From NCBI RefSeq assembly GCF_963921235.1, contig NC_086097.1:20276001-20340000 (forward strand): a stretch of 64,000 nt of DNA, given 5' to 3'. The notes under the pieces were generated by a model that searched no databases, was not told the DNA's origin, and was given only the letters and a program-made list of their open reading frames with translations. Shown here piece by piece: positions 9,419-22,561 of this stretch. Origin of the DNA: Mobula hypostoma. Lineage: Eukaryota. The position numbers were made by a program, and so were the translations under genes. Within the stretch, counting starts at the first letter, position 1. Each line of letters begins with the position of its first letter.

Positions 9419-11898
9419 CATGTAACTTGATTTTGCATTAAACCAGTACATTTTTTTCAGCTTGTGAACTTTGGCATATATGAGTTAACCAAAACAGTCA
9501 GCCAATATGCCAGAGAAATGTGTCACTTTAAAAACTAATCACAAACACCTCAGCTTAATAAACAACTTGGGTTACATATAATACAATGTTTCTCAAGGTG
9601 TTATATCTCAAAACTGTGTGCTGTTTATACATTGTTTTTAATTTAATGCATGCAGGAGGGCAGTGGGCAGGATGACAAGGACGTCATTTTACTCAAAGTA
9701 CCGATGCCCAAAGAAAAAACAAATTTAGGCCATTCATGCTGGTTCTTTAAAAGAATTATCCAATTAGTTCCACTTTATACATCTATGCAATTATGTAATC
9801 TTGAAATAATAATTACACATTTTCTATTTACAGATCTAATAATCACAAAGAAACTTCTTCAGACCAAAACTCATGCATAACAGTAAAATAAACTGAATAT
9901 AATGTTATACAAAACACAATTTCCTTATCCCAGCTTCTAGCATCTATAGGATTATCCCAGTGTACTCTTTTAATAGCTGTATACTTACTTCCATTAAGTG
10001 TGCTGCAGAAGCAGAACACTCTTCTATCTCTTGCAAGTTTTCAAGATTTAGTTCCAACTGAAGTAAATTACTTCTGCTCTGATGATGTTTTAGAATCTTA
10101 TTACCAAGAAATATTTAACAGGAAATAATATTTCTTGGATTACTGTCACCTAATAACAATTAGTGCATTTTTAATTTCATAACAGTATATTCAAGACTTT
10201 ATTGAATAGTTTGTTCCTTTCTAAAACTAAATTATACGTAAATCATTATTATGGAAGCAGACGCTTTTTTATTGCTGTTTATCTTTCTAGTGAAATTAAG
10301 ATATACAAACACAATTGAGGAAATAAAGTTTGAGGAGTTGTAAATACTGTTTATATTGTTTAAATTATTTATTATTTTTACCCATGCACTATATGATTAC
10401 AGCCACTTAACTGTTTATAATTTCCATCAGGCTCTGTTCTGATATCAAACACCAATATTTATGCTTATCTTTGACATTTTACAATGTCCAATTCATTCAG
10501 CAAATGGGTTAAATTAAATAATTTTCCTGCCAATAATCTGGCTGTTAAACATGGCACCTGTTTTATTTCCAAATTTCTTTTTTTTTCAAAATGAAATTCA
10601 CCCTTACTAGTAAGCAAATTTAGTTATCTCAGGGTAACACACAAAATTCTAGAGGAGCTCAGAACAGGTGAAGGAATTCAGCCCGAAACATCAATTCGTT
10701 ATTCCTCTCCATCGATGCTGTCTGATCTGCTGAGTTCCTCCAGCATTGTGTTTTACTCTGGATTGCCAGCATCTGCAGAATCTCTTGTGTTTATAGTTGA
10801 CTAAGAGGTTTCCTCATAGAAGAGATCAGGTAATCTACTAATGTAAAGGATATAAATCACAACTATTGGTATCAAAAAGCTTATTTCCTTATTACTACTG
10901 CATAATTCTTTCTCCTGATCTGTTTTGTCTTTCAGATATGACAGTACAGTAAATTTATGGGATTAGTCTCTGTAGTGGAGAGTCAATCCAGAGATAGAAA
11001 TGCAAATCCCACTATGGCAGTAGGGAAATTTAAATACAAATAATTAATTACAACTAGAATAACATTTGTTTTAGAGACAGTAAACATAATAAACTGGATT
11101 GTCATAAAATCCCATCTGATTCATTGATGTTTTAAGAGAAAGAAAGCTGTAGTTCTTACCCAGCCTGGTCTATGGTGCATCTTCAGTTCAAGAAAAGAAA
11201 GGCCTTCTCTGTGGCACCTAAATGCCACAAATGGATAAATAGAAAGGTACCACCTGACCTGCTACATCTAGCAATTTGTTCCTTTAACTTGATCCAACAA
11301 GGTTTACAGGAACTTTATTTGTCACACGTACATTAAAACATACAGTGATACGCGTTGTGTCAACAACCAACACCATCTGAGGATTGTGTGTGCCAGGGTC
11401 AGCTATGCTGCTGGCTGAAACACTGCATGCCCATAACTCACTAAACCTAACCATAGGTCTTTGGAATGTGGGAGGAAACCAAGCACCCAGAGGACACCTA
11501 CAGGGTCACAGGAGGACATACTAAGTTCTTACACACAGTAGAGAAATGAAATCCCAAGCAGTAATTGCTGGCACCGTAACGTGTTGGCCATCCATTAATA
11601 TTGTATTCAATATTACACCCTGCCGCTCATCATTGGTATCACCATGCAGATCTATTTCCCTCAGCTCTAAGAAGAAATTGAAAGTGAAAGACAAGGCTTC
11701 TACTTGAACTTTTTTTTGAATATCCTGTAGCAAGGGGTGGGGAAGCATCTCCCTTTGGCAGCTGCTCAGAATGGACTGTGCAGAAGGGTTCTTATCTATT
11801 TACACAAAAATGAAACTTAGACTACACTGCCTCTATTACGTAACTCAGACTTTCCAGCAATTCTGAATACCATTCACACAACAGTGGTATAAACATCT

Positions 11899-11904
11899 TT
11901 TATT
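11899..11904 (-). terminator. Candidate ZNF410 polyadenylation signal AATAAA
   Basis: tttatt on the + strand, about 690 nt past the stop codon and just before repeat-derived sequence begins. Confidence 0.45.
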
Positions 11905-12592
11905 TAATGTGATGTATAGCAAAATTCACAAGGAGTATCTTACACACGCAGCATTCAGACCCGATGCCAGGAGGGCAGATGAAATTTATATTTGGAAGAC
12001 GTTTTAGTAACTACACCACTAATCCTTCATTGAACCCAATCTTTAAACCTGCCAATTTCTTGGGAAGTTGAAGTCCACAGCTTAAACCCTTCAATCACAG
12101 GTGATGCCGGAAGTGGGTGGAGTGACCTTGCCAGGGGAATACAGGACGGTTAATGGAGGACAGAACACATGGAGATTTCCTCCAATATTCACAGCTGATT
12201 TGCAGTCTAGGCCTTTCAGACTGCCAGCACCTGACGAAGTTCACTGTGAAGCAAGTGAAATCAAACAGCCCTTTGTAAACAAATACCAGTCTACTCCTTT
12301 TCTCTGTTGCTCCAAGAAAAGTCGTCAAATTTAGATCAATTTCCTCATGCAGGATATCGTCAGGATCTTGCATACACAGGTAGATACACAAGGAAGAGCT
12401 AGAATGGAGAAATTATCCAGCAGCATTGCTTTCGATGTTGATTTCTTGCATATGTAAAGATAAATTCGTGTCCGAGTTCACATTTTAGTAAACTAGGGAA
12501 CAGAGGCAGTCAGACCTGGATCAAAGCAGCCTTGCTCTCCATTTCATGAGGTCCTTTGACCAAAATATAACAACTAGAGGGCCCATAGCCAT

Positions 12593-12735
12593 TCACTGTA
12601 TTAATACAGTTACTACTTCCTCATAAGAATGTCCTGCAGTGGCTATGGCAACAAGATGGTGTGGCTGGGGCAGAACCACAATGGATGCTGTAGTTGTTGT
12701 GCCAGTAACTAATGGTGAACTCTCAGGTAATACTT
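12593..12735 (-). CDS. ZNF410: ZNF410 last coding exon
   Basis: Encodes EVLPESSPLVTGTTTTASIVVLPQPHHLVAIATAGHSYEEVVTVLIQ* (human EVLAEGSP...HHLVTMQSGRQSYE). TGA at 12595-12593. Exon lengths sum to 1194 nt = 397 aa plus stop. Confidence 0.87.
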
Positions 12736-13347
12736 CTATCAGGAAATAAAGAAAGATAATGTTAGAATATATTCATTACTTCTCAAAAAGTAGGTGCAGT
12801 TTCATCCAAACAACACAGAAATCTGGAATCTCTCCCCTAAGATTTACTGATTAGTTTTATTTGTCTCATGCACATTGAAAGATAGTGAAATGCATCACTT
12901 TTGCATCAACATTCAACGGATTGTGTTGGGGGAAGCCAACAAGTGTCACCACTCTTCTGGCATCATCATAGTACGCTCACAACCCTCTCACCCTGACTGA
13001 TACAGCTTTGGGATGTGAGAGGACACCAGCACACCAAAAGGAAACCCACACAGTCATGGGGAAAACGTACCATTCCTTTTCGAGAGCGTTGAGAATCGAA
13101 CCCCAATTAGTGATTGGTAGCATTGTAAAGCGATTGCATTAGCTGCTATGCTACCGTGCTCTACTTAGTAGGTATGAATGAAAACATGAATTGCCCCTCA
13201 AACAGGAACCAGGGAATAATTACGGAAGTTAGCACTGGGTCAACAACTTAAACTCAGGCTCCCAGGGTGAGAAAAGGCGTGCAACCCTGAAGAAGGTGGG
13301 TGAAGGTGACAACAGAAAGAAATGGCAGGCACAAGATTTACACCTAC

Positions 13348-13491
13348 CCTCTTCTGCTCCAAGTACGCTCTGTGGTAACACCAAAGGCTGTGCTTCCAGG
13401 GCAGATGGTGAAATCACAGAAGCTGTAGCTATTGAAAATCCTGAAGGCATCTCTGGTACACTTCCCACACCATCGTCAGGTAGGCCACTGG
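13348..13491 (-). CDS. ZNF410: ZNF410 coding exon 8
   Basis: Encodes ASGLPDDGVGSVPEMP...LVLPQSVLGAEE (human ...NSILGVDDE). Phase 1-1, donor gtaggt, 144 nt. Confidence 0.8.
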
Positions 13492-15057
13492 CTTTAGAAG
13501 GCACAATGATGAAAATTGTAATATTAGCATTGTGTACAATGGATAGTTTATTTTCTCCAAGGATTTTGTTTGAAGCGTCATTCACTCAAGATAATATTGC
13601 AGGCAATGATCCTTTCTGTTATATATTTTCTCACAACACAGGAGGCCATCTGGCCCATTCAGTCTATGCTGATTCTGGGAGCAACTTGTTTCCCCGTTAC
13701 CTATTCTCACCTATTCTCACCTAGCCATTGACACCTCTGGCTTTCCCTCACAACCACTTGAGGTTGATGGACCCCTTTAGCTTTATTTATTTATTGAGAT
13801 AAAGCATGGAATAGGCCCTCCTGGACCTGTCAGCCATGCCACCAAGCAATCCCCCGATTTAATCCGAGCCTAATCACGGTACAATTTACAATGATCGATT
13901 AACATCAGCCGCTACGTCTTTGGACTGTGGGAGGAAGCCCACGTGGTCATGCGGAGAATGGACGAACTCCTTACAGGCAGTGGCAGGAATTGAACCCAGC
14001 TCACCGGTAAAGTGATGTGATAACCACCACGTTACCATGCCGCCTTACCAGCCTCCATCTCCTCAGCTACAGCATCACTGTGGCACCTGCTCTAGTTGGT
14101 CCCTTCTTAAACTGGTGGCGTCCCGGTAAATATGCTGACAGCATTGTGGGAAATAGGTTTATTATTGTCATATTGTCAAGTTACAGTGAAAAACTTTGTT
14201 CTATAGGCTATCTATACAGATCATTTCATTTCATTACAACAGTGCACCGGGGTTGGAGAAGGGAAAACAGTTTTTGTGTTGATTGTGTCAAGATTTTGAT
14301 CAAGGGAAAAATGAAGGGAATTGAGGGATTTAGGCTATGTACATTCTAAATTGACATTGGCACAGTGGTCAGCACAAATGCTTTGTGCTGAAGGAACTGT
14401 TCCTATACTCTCTCGACTTATAACCTCTTTTCATCTCTATCAGCTCTCATATCATCGGGGGGATGAGTTTATTTTACCTCATTCCTAGAACAGTGTAATT
14501 TAATGTCAACTGGACAAAATAATTTGCCTTTATCAAATGGCTGCTTTGTTCCAAAATAGAGGAAATTAAAGGAAAACAATCACTGGAGCCAGGAATTGAT
14601 AAAATTGGGACTGGTGGTGTCTAAAATATACTGTCTAGGGAAAGCAAAGATTAAAGATATTTTAAGATAAGCTTTATTTGTCACATGTACATTGAAATAT
14701 ACAGTGAAATGTGCTGCTTTGCATCAACAACCAGCACAGTCTGAGATGTGCTGGTGGTAGTCCACAAGCTCCCAGTACCAACAAATTACTTAGCCGAATC
14801 CACAGCTTTTTGGAATGTGGGAGGAAACCCACACTGTCACAGAGATGCCATACAAACTCCTTACAGAAAGTGGCAGGAATGGAACCCCGATTTTATAGCT
14901 GGCATTGTATAGTGTTACATTACCTGTGGTGCTACCATGACACCCCCATTTGTACATGCACCTAATACTCCAAAGTTGGAGATACTTGGTCCAGTAATTG
15001 GAAATATGTTCCCCCCCCTTTGCACCCTTCCATCTGCCCCTTCACACCACCACACAC

Positions 15058-15180
15058 CTGTAGCCTCTTCTTGGTCACTGAAGACAAGACGGATATCGTG
15101 GCATTTCCGCATGTGGACATTCCTGCTGCCGCTCTGAGAGAACGTCTTCCAGCAAATGGTACACTGGAAAGGCTTCTCAC
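15058..15180 (-). CDS. ZNF410: ZNF410 coding exon 7 (zinc finger 5)
   Basis: Encodes GEKPFQCTICWKTFSQSGSRNVHMRKCHDIRLVFSDQEEAT. Canonical AG/GT, 123 nt. Confidence 0.93.
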
Positions 15181-15545
15181 CTTTAATTCAAATAAACAGT
15201 AAGCAATGAAAAGGTTTTAATGAATCACTTTCTTCAAGATCTTCCTGAGCACTTTCCTCCACCAACTGTTGACAGCACAAACAAAACACCATACTGTATC
15301 TGATCTGAGACTGGTGAGAATATGGACTCATTACTACAGCAGAGTTTGAGACAAATGCTCTAGATGCAGTTAAGTGGGGAGACAACACAAATACTTAACG
15401 AAGGGAACAGACAGTAGAGCTGAGGAATGATGGCAGGAACTTTCAGTGGCTCAGATACACTGGCATACACAGAGACAAAGAACAGAAAACACTGGATGCA
15501 TTATTCAGTAGGTTAGTTAGCATGTGTGTAAAGAGAAAGGTGTCA

Positions 15546-16155
15546 AAATGGTTGTTGTGATGCATCTAGTGTGGTAGTGTTGTAGTAATGCTTGTTGCTG
15601 TCATTTTCAGCTTCCACCGCTGGCTAGCAGTCTTGCAAAAAGGAGAGCTGAATGTGTAAATCTCTCCCTGCCAGTACATATCCTCTCCAACAGCAAGCCT
15701 CGTGTACTGCCTCCTCACTGGCAATACATGGAAACTGAATTCCTTTTGGAGAGGATGGGGAGGAGGTCTGGCCCCTGCACATGTAGCACACAGGCCCACC
15801 AGTGTGTGGACACACCCCGATGCTTGTGAACCAGATCTCCAGCTATGGGTAAATAGCCCCACTGCCTTGTGGGCAGCCTTGGGAGAGACGGAGGCTACGG
15901 GAGTAAACCCAGACAGCAAATCGGGGAGGAGCCCCTAAGGCAGCTGGGTGTCAATTGAACATCCTTCCAGCAGCTCCTGCAGCCAAGCTGGTGACAAATG
16001 TATTGCTGCATAAGCTTTCATTTGGACTACACTAGTGAAGCTGAGAGGGGGATCTTGATGACTGGGCATCTCAGGATCTCCATACCTTCTGCCCAGGCTT
16101 GTGATGATGATGATGATGATGATCATCATCCGTTGTCCTTCACCACAAAGAGAAA
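15546..16155 (+). mobile_element. Non-autonomous retroposon (possibly RTE-dependent), copy 2
   Basis: Inverted homologue of 2990-3600. Confidence 0.65.
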
Positions 16156-16984
16156 CCAAGTCAATGTTTTAGGTCAAGGACCCTGGTTGCAGGTCGATGG
16201 GAGTAGGCAGTTTAAATGGTTTCAACAAGGATTAGATGCTCCAAATGGCCTGTTTTTGTGCTGTACTTTTCTGTGACTCTATGACCCATTATCAGACTGG
16301 GAAAGGTTACATGGTAAAAGCGTGGATAGGGTGAACCCGGGATGTGATGGGGATGTGTTGGCTGGTCATACGGGTTAATGGAAATATTTTAGAAGATGGC
16401 TATGCTTCTTAGTCTGTGTTAAACATTGGTAACTGCAGTTCTGTGGGACCATACTCAGGCCAAGGTCAAGGTAAAATTTATTATCAAGGTACATACAGGT
16501 TACCTTGAGATTCATTTTCTTGCCAGCATTTACAGAAAAATAAATACAATTGAATTTACAAAAAGGCTATACATAAACAATGACTGACAAACAACCAATG
16601 TGTACATGAAGCCAAATAGTGCAAAAATACAAAACTGGTGGAGAGAGAACTATCAGGTCAATATACAGATGGATGACTTACAGCAGAAGTGACCAGTTCG
16701 AATAAAGACAGAGAAAGCAGATTACCCGGTCGTAGAATTCAGCACCGAATCCAGAAGGCTGCCAAGAGGTGAGGGGGTAGAGCTGGCAGTGGGAGTTTAC
16801 ACAAGAAACTGTAGTGGGTCTAGAATGCTAATATCCTTCAGATTAAGTGATCTCCAAGAACTGGAGGTGACCCAACAACAGTTACCTCCCCTTACAGTAT
16901 CCTTAATCATTGCCAACTCAGAGACAATGGATTCCTCTTTCCCTTAACCTGTCAGAACGACAGCAAGCACAAGATCTTCCGTAC

Positions 16985-17074
16985 CTGAGTGCACGACCAT
17001 GTGTTTACGTAGACTGGAGTACTCTGTGAAACACCGTCCGCAGCTTCTGGCTGCACAGACAAATGGCTTCTCCC
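16985..17074 (-). CDS. ZNF410: ZNF410 coding exon 6 (zinc finger 4)
   Basis: Encodes GEKPFVCAARSCGRCFTEYSSLRKHMVVHS. Acceptor ttttccttttgtcag, donor CAG|gtacgg, 90 nt. Confidence 0.93.
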
Positions 17075-17708
17075 CTGACAAAAGGAAAACACGCCAACAA
17101 ATTAACATACAGTAGAAATTTCCGCAAGAGGTTTCTGCACGTGCCAGTGGAACGGAAGAAAATATCCTCTTATTCCATCAGTAAATCACTCTGCAGAAAA
17201 CGCAAAAGTAACTGCTTCCAGCTTTTCTAGGGAATCTAAGAGGTGGAGAGGATCGGAAGCTCCGGTGCACCTTTAAAGCCACTGGAAAAGGTGGAAACAG
17301 TGCTAATAGAGGTCAAGTCATTTGCCTATCCTAATAGCTCCAACTCCCCATAGGACTTGATGGTGTGTTGGTTATGGTATTGGGCTTACGCCCAAAACCT
17401 CACCAAGACAATGAATTCAAATGGAAATCATTAGGTTATCACAAAATAATATTACAGCAAGAGAGAAGATGGACTTGCATTTCTATAATGCCTGTGGAGT
17501 CTTGAAGTCTGAAAGCACTTTGAAGATAGAAAACTTCTGAAGCACTTCCACCACTACAAAAATGCAACTTCAGGGAATCACATTCACATGGATAAAAGAA
17601 CAAAAGCAGGGCTAAGTGGGAAGGAACGTTTACATTGATCTTAGAGAAAGTTAAAAGGTCAGCACAATATCACAGGCCAAAGGGCCTTTACTATGTTGTT
17701 ATGTTCTG

Positions 17709-18169
17709 CATTCAGTGACCACTTTATTACATACAGGAGTGGATCCCAGTATGGTCTTCTTCTGCTGTAGCCCATCCACTTCCAGGTTCAACATGTTGTG
17801 CAATCAGTGATGCTCTTCTGCACACCACTGTTGTAACACGTGGTTATATGAATTACTGTCGCCTTCCTGTCAGCTTGAACTTGCCTAGCCATTCTCCTCT
17901 AACCACTCTCATCAACAACGTGTTTTTGCCCACAGAACTCCCGCTCACTGGATGTTTTTTTGTTTTTCCACACCATTCCCTTTCAACTCAGTGACTATTG
18001 TGCGGTTAGATCACACTTCTTCCGCATTCCGATGTTTAGTCTGAACAACAACTTAACCTCTTGACCATGTCTACATGCTTTTCTACATTGAGTTGCTGCA
18101 CAATTGGCTAATTAGATATCGGCATTAATGAACGGGTGCACAAGTGTACCTGATAAAGTGGCCACTGTG
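17709..18169. mobile_element. Non-autonomous Tc1/mariner-like MITE
   Basis: Terminal inverted repeats cagtgaccactttatta and tgataaagtggccactg, followed by TA on the right. Confidence 0.7.
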
Positions 18170-18253
18170 TATGTTCTGATTTGCACACAGCCAATTGCTA
18201 CCAACTGCAATGAAGCAACCAGATCACAGATTTTAATATTTAATGTACTGCTA

Positions 18254-18450
18254 CAAATATCTTGATTCCACATTATGGATTCAGATTTAGATTTATTTAT
18301 TTATCACATGTGCATTGTAATATACAGTGAAATGTGTCACATGCATTAGCAACCAAATATCTTGATTCCACATTATGGATTCAGATTTAGATTTATTTAT
18401 CACATGTGCATTGTAATATACAGTGAAATGTATCACATGCATTAGCAACC
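18254..18450 (+). repeat. Tandem duplication of about 100 bp
   Basis: Units 18254-18353 and 18354-18450 are near-identical and span a unique/SINE junction. Confidence 0.9.
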
Positions 18451-21400
18451 AACACACCCAAGGCAGCCCGCAAGTGTCGCCAACATAACAGAGCAACACA
18501 GAACTTAGTAAGCAACAAAACAACAGGAAAACAAGCCCCATACTCCCTACCACCCACCCACCCGCACACGTAGTCCTTTAACCCCAGAACAGGCCATCTT
18601 TGATCTCCAGTAGACTCAAGGATTTGTGGATGCTGGAGTTACATTTTACACTTTGTAAATGTGATGACAACATGGTGGTTGATTTAGTGATAAAAGATCA
18701 TTAAACTAAAACAATAACTCGGCATTGAGAGAGGTAGGTGCAACAAAATGGCTCAGCGTTTCCAACAAAGTGCTTTAAATAAAGAAGCTTGAACCCATGA
18801 TTGTGAGATGCAAATTCAAATTTTCAACAACTGAGGAATCTGAATTCCTCAACTGTTGTGGAGAATTGAGTAATATGGAATAAAAATCTGTGTAGGGGTG
18901 GGGGTGGTTGCCTAATTCATTCATGGAAATTCTGCACAAGGGTACAGGAGTTCAGCACACAGGGGAAAATACAATTTGCAGCCAATACTCTTCCCAAACA
19001 CAACACCATGCTGACTCCTAATCAGACTGCCTGTCCAAACACTGGTACATTCTGTCCCTCAGAATTCCCTCTAACTCCCCCACTACTGACGTCAGGTTGA
19101 CCAGACTGCAGTTCCCCAGCTTGTCCTTTTTAAACAGTGGAACATTAGCCACCTTTCAGTCTTCTGAGGTATCTAATGATTTGGGTTTAAATAACTTACT
19201 GTCACAGATTCACTGTGTTTTTGAAGAAACTCCTCCTCATCTCAGTCCTGAATGGTTTAGCCCTTACGCAAGGACCAAAATCTCTGATCCTGGATTCTCC
19301 TGCCATTGGGTACATACTTCTGGCACCTAGTCCACAACTGCTCAAATGTTTTAGGATATTCTACATGGTACTCTTACAGTTCTTGTAAATAAATATTCTG
19401 GCGAATAAGAGCGGAAATAGCTCATCTCCTTGATACAGTAGTCATACAATCCCAGCAATGTATAGTGAACCTTTACTGAACTCCTTCCACAGCAAGAGCG
19501 TGGCTCTTCAGATAAAATGTTCAAAGTTTTACACAATACTCAAAATCCAGTCTCATCACGATACTGTATAACTGCAGCACGGATTCTAGCTCCAATACTC
19601 GAATCCTCTCACTGTGAAGGCCAAACAACCACTTGATATCTTAAATCATCTGGTGAGTAGTGCACCCCCCACTTCAACTGATTAGCATTCAGATAACAAT
19701 CTACTTTTCTACTGTCAAAGTGAACAGACCCTCATTTATCCAGCTTGTATATACATCTACAAGTATCTGCCGACTCCCTCAATCTGTCTTAATAAACCAG
19801 GAGCTTCTCCAAGGATGGCCCTCCCACCCAGATTTATAACATCTGCAAAGTGGTATAAATTCATTTTAATTCCCCTGTCTAAATCGCTAATGTATATCGG
19901 TCCCAGCACACATCCTGTGGTGTCTCTTTAGTTGCTGCCTGGCACTTGGAGAAAAAAAACCTTTATCCATATGTTTGTCAGTGAACCATCCGCATTCTCC
20001 ATCCAGATTGATGCCTCACTATAAATGTTGCATGCTGATCTCTTTTATGGAGCTTTATCAAAAACTTTCCAATCAATATTGTCCACAGGATTCCACAAGA
20101 CCTCACCACTTCCCAATATAACTTAGAAATACTCTTACTTCAACAGTTCATTAACACGACCTCGATATTTTGCTCTCTTTGTACTACCTACTTTTTAAAT
20201 TTCTTATTGTAAGTTATTTATGTAGTACACTGTACCGCTGTCGCAAAACAACAAGTTTCACAACAGCATGTTAGTGATAATAAATGTCATTCTATTCTAC
20301 TTTTGTAATCAATTCCTCTAGCAAAAAGCAGTAACAGTGAGCTTTCATGATTGCTTGCAGCACCTTTGTGAATACACTGGAACGTATGCATTCCTCTGTG
20401 ACTCAGAGTTCTAAAGCAGACCATAAGACACAGGAGCAGAGTTAGGCCATTTGGCCCATCGAGTCTGCTCCAGTAGTCCACCATGGCTGATTTACTATCG
20501 CTCTCAACCCCATTCTCTAGCTTTCTCCTTGTAACCCTTGATACTCTGACTAATCAAGAACCCATCAGCCTCACTGTAATATTGTTTTATTTCAATAATG
20601 TGCTTTATCTTTCCTGCCAAACATGGACAAGTTCTTATTTTCCACTTTATGCTCCAACTGCCAGAAGAAGGGAAAGATCTGTTCAGCCAGGAGTAGCCAT
20701 AGACAGCCAGTGTGTATTTCCCATGGCAGGGTTAACTTAATTAGAGGGCATGGGTTTACTGTGAATGCACGGAGGTTTAAAGGGGTAGAATTTAACCCAA
20801 ACACTGTGCAGTTAACATCTGGAATGAGCTGCTAGAGAAGATGCTGGAGATAGGAAACATCTTAAGAGGTATCTTGAATGAGCGGGATATAGAATTAGAG
20901 CAAGCAACTGGGATAAGCACAATGGTCAACACAGGCACAGTGGGCAGAAGGGCCTGTTTCTATGCTGTACACTTTTATTTTTGTCCACTGACTTAACCTG
21001 CCTTTATAAACTCAGGTCCTCTTCACAATTTATTTCCCTGCCTTGTCTTTACTAATTATATATTCAATGTCATTACCCAAGTCATCTATAAACACTGTTA
21101 AGTAATTGGAAAACCCAACACTGATGCCTGTGACACTCATTACTTTTTGCCAAGCTGAAGAAGATACATTGTGATGCTACCTCCCATTAGCCATATCCAT
21201 ATCAAAATGTTGCTCCAATGTGATATTTTCCACAATGTTTGATGTGAAACCCCCATCAAATTCCCTCTGGAAATTTACCTTTTTCCCTTTATTGATGGCA
21301 CATTACTTCAGCAAAGAACTCTCATTCTCCCAACCTGCAGCCACTACAGCAAAAGGGATAAAACTACTTTTTTTTCTCTAGGCAGTTGTGGAAGGCAACA

Positions 21401-22379
21401 CTTTGACAAATTGTGCATTCTGCATCTGGTGTGATACTTCTTTAGAATTTACCCCACACAGGATACACTCAAATATCTTAAAATGTAAGAGCTGCCTTTA
21501 CGGTAAAATAGCACGGAATGAAGTAATGGGTTCAAAAGTTTGTTAATTCATGGAATGGATCAGCTCACAGTCTGGAGAGCTACACACTGCTCTCACGCAG
21601 AGACCTGCCTCCTCAACATCAGGCCAACCACACAGCCTTGCCAGAATCATTAGAAAGTAACTGCAGGAGTTATGAACTTAGCCCAAACTAATCTCCCCTC
21701 CACTGACTGTGTATACTTCCTGCTGATTCAGAAAAGCAGCCAATATTATTAAGGACCCCTCCCATCCCGTTATCCCCTCTCCTATCAGGCAGAACAGACG
21801 AGAGAATCTTTTGATTCTCTTGAATCAAACTTGAGAACATATACTAGACTCGAGGACAACTTCTATCCCGCTGACCTCATACCTCCCATGGCATGGCAGC
21901 AGAGCAGCCAGCGTAACGCGTTACAGTACCAGCGACACAGATTCAATTCCCATTACCGTCTTTAAGGAGGTTGTAGATTGTCGCTGTAACCGCGTGGTTT
22001 TCCTACAGGATCTCCAGTTTCCTCTCACATTCCAAAGACCTACAGGTTAGTAAATTTTGGGTAGATTACTTTGGCACTGGAAGCATGGCAACACTTGTGG
22101 GCTGCCCCAGCCCATCCTCAGACTGCATTGGTAATTGCTGCAAATGACACATTTCATTGTATGGTTCAATATACATGTGACAAAGCTAATCTTTATCTCA
22201 ATCTCTTTATCAATCTGTCCTCATCGCTACCCTTGCACTTTTTCCCTACCTGCCATTGTACAAGATCACAGGTTATAAGAGCAGAATTAGGCAATTTGGC
22301 CCATCGAGCCTGCTTTGCCATTTCATAATGGCTGATGCATCTCAGTACATGTGATGATAGTAAACCAATCCATTTGTAC

Positions 22380-22561
22380 CAGTGTGAATTCGCATGTGGT
22401 TCTTCAAGTTGCCGGCTGTTGTAAACTTCTTCCCACAGTCATCCTCAGGGCAGGTGTAGGGCTTCTCTCCGTTATGAGTCCTCATGTGCACCTTTAATCT
22501 CTGGAGCACGTAGAAACTCTTCCCACATCCTTCCTTCGGGCAGGTGAATGAGCGGTCATTC
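22380..22561 (-). CDS. ZNF410: ZNF410 coding exon 5 (zinc fingers 2-3)
   Basis: Encodes NDRSFTCPKEGCGKSFYVLQRLKVHMRTHNGEKPYTCPEDDCGKKFTTAGNLKNHMRIHT. Canonical AG/GT, 182 nt. Confidence 0.95.

Noticed and set aside
17700..18178. 9-bp direct repeat TATGTTCTG as a TSD of the MITE
   Set aside because: Better explained by insertion at a TA within a CR1-type (TATGTTC)n tail.
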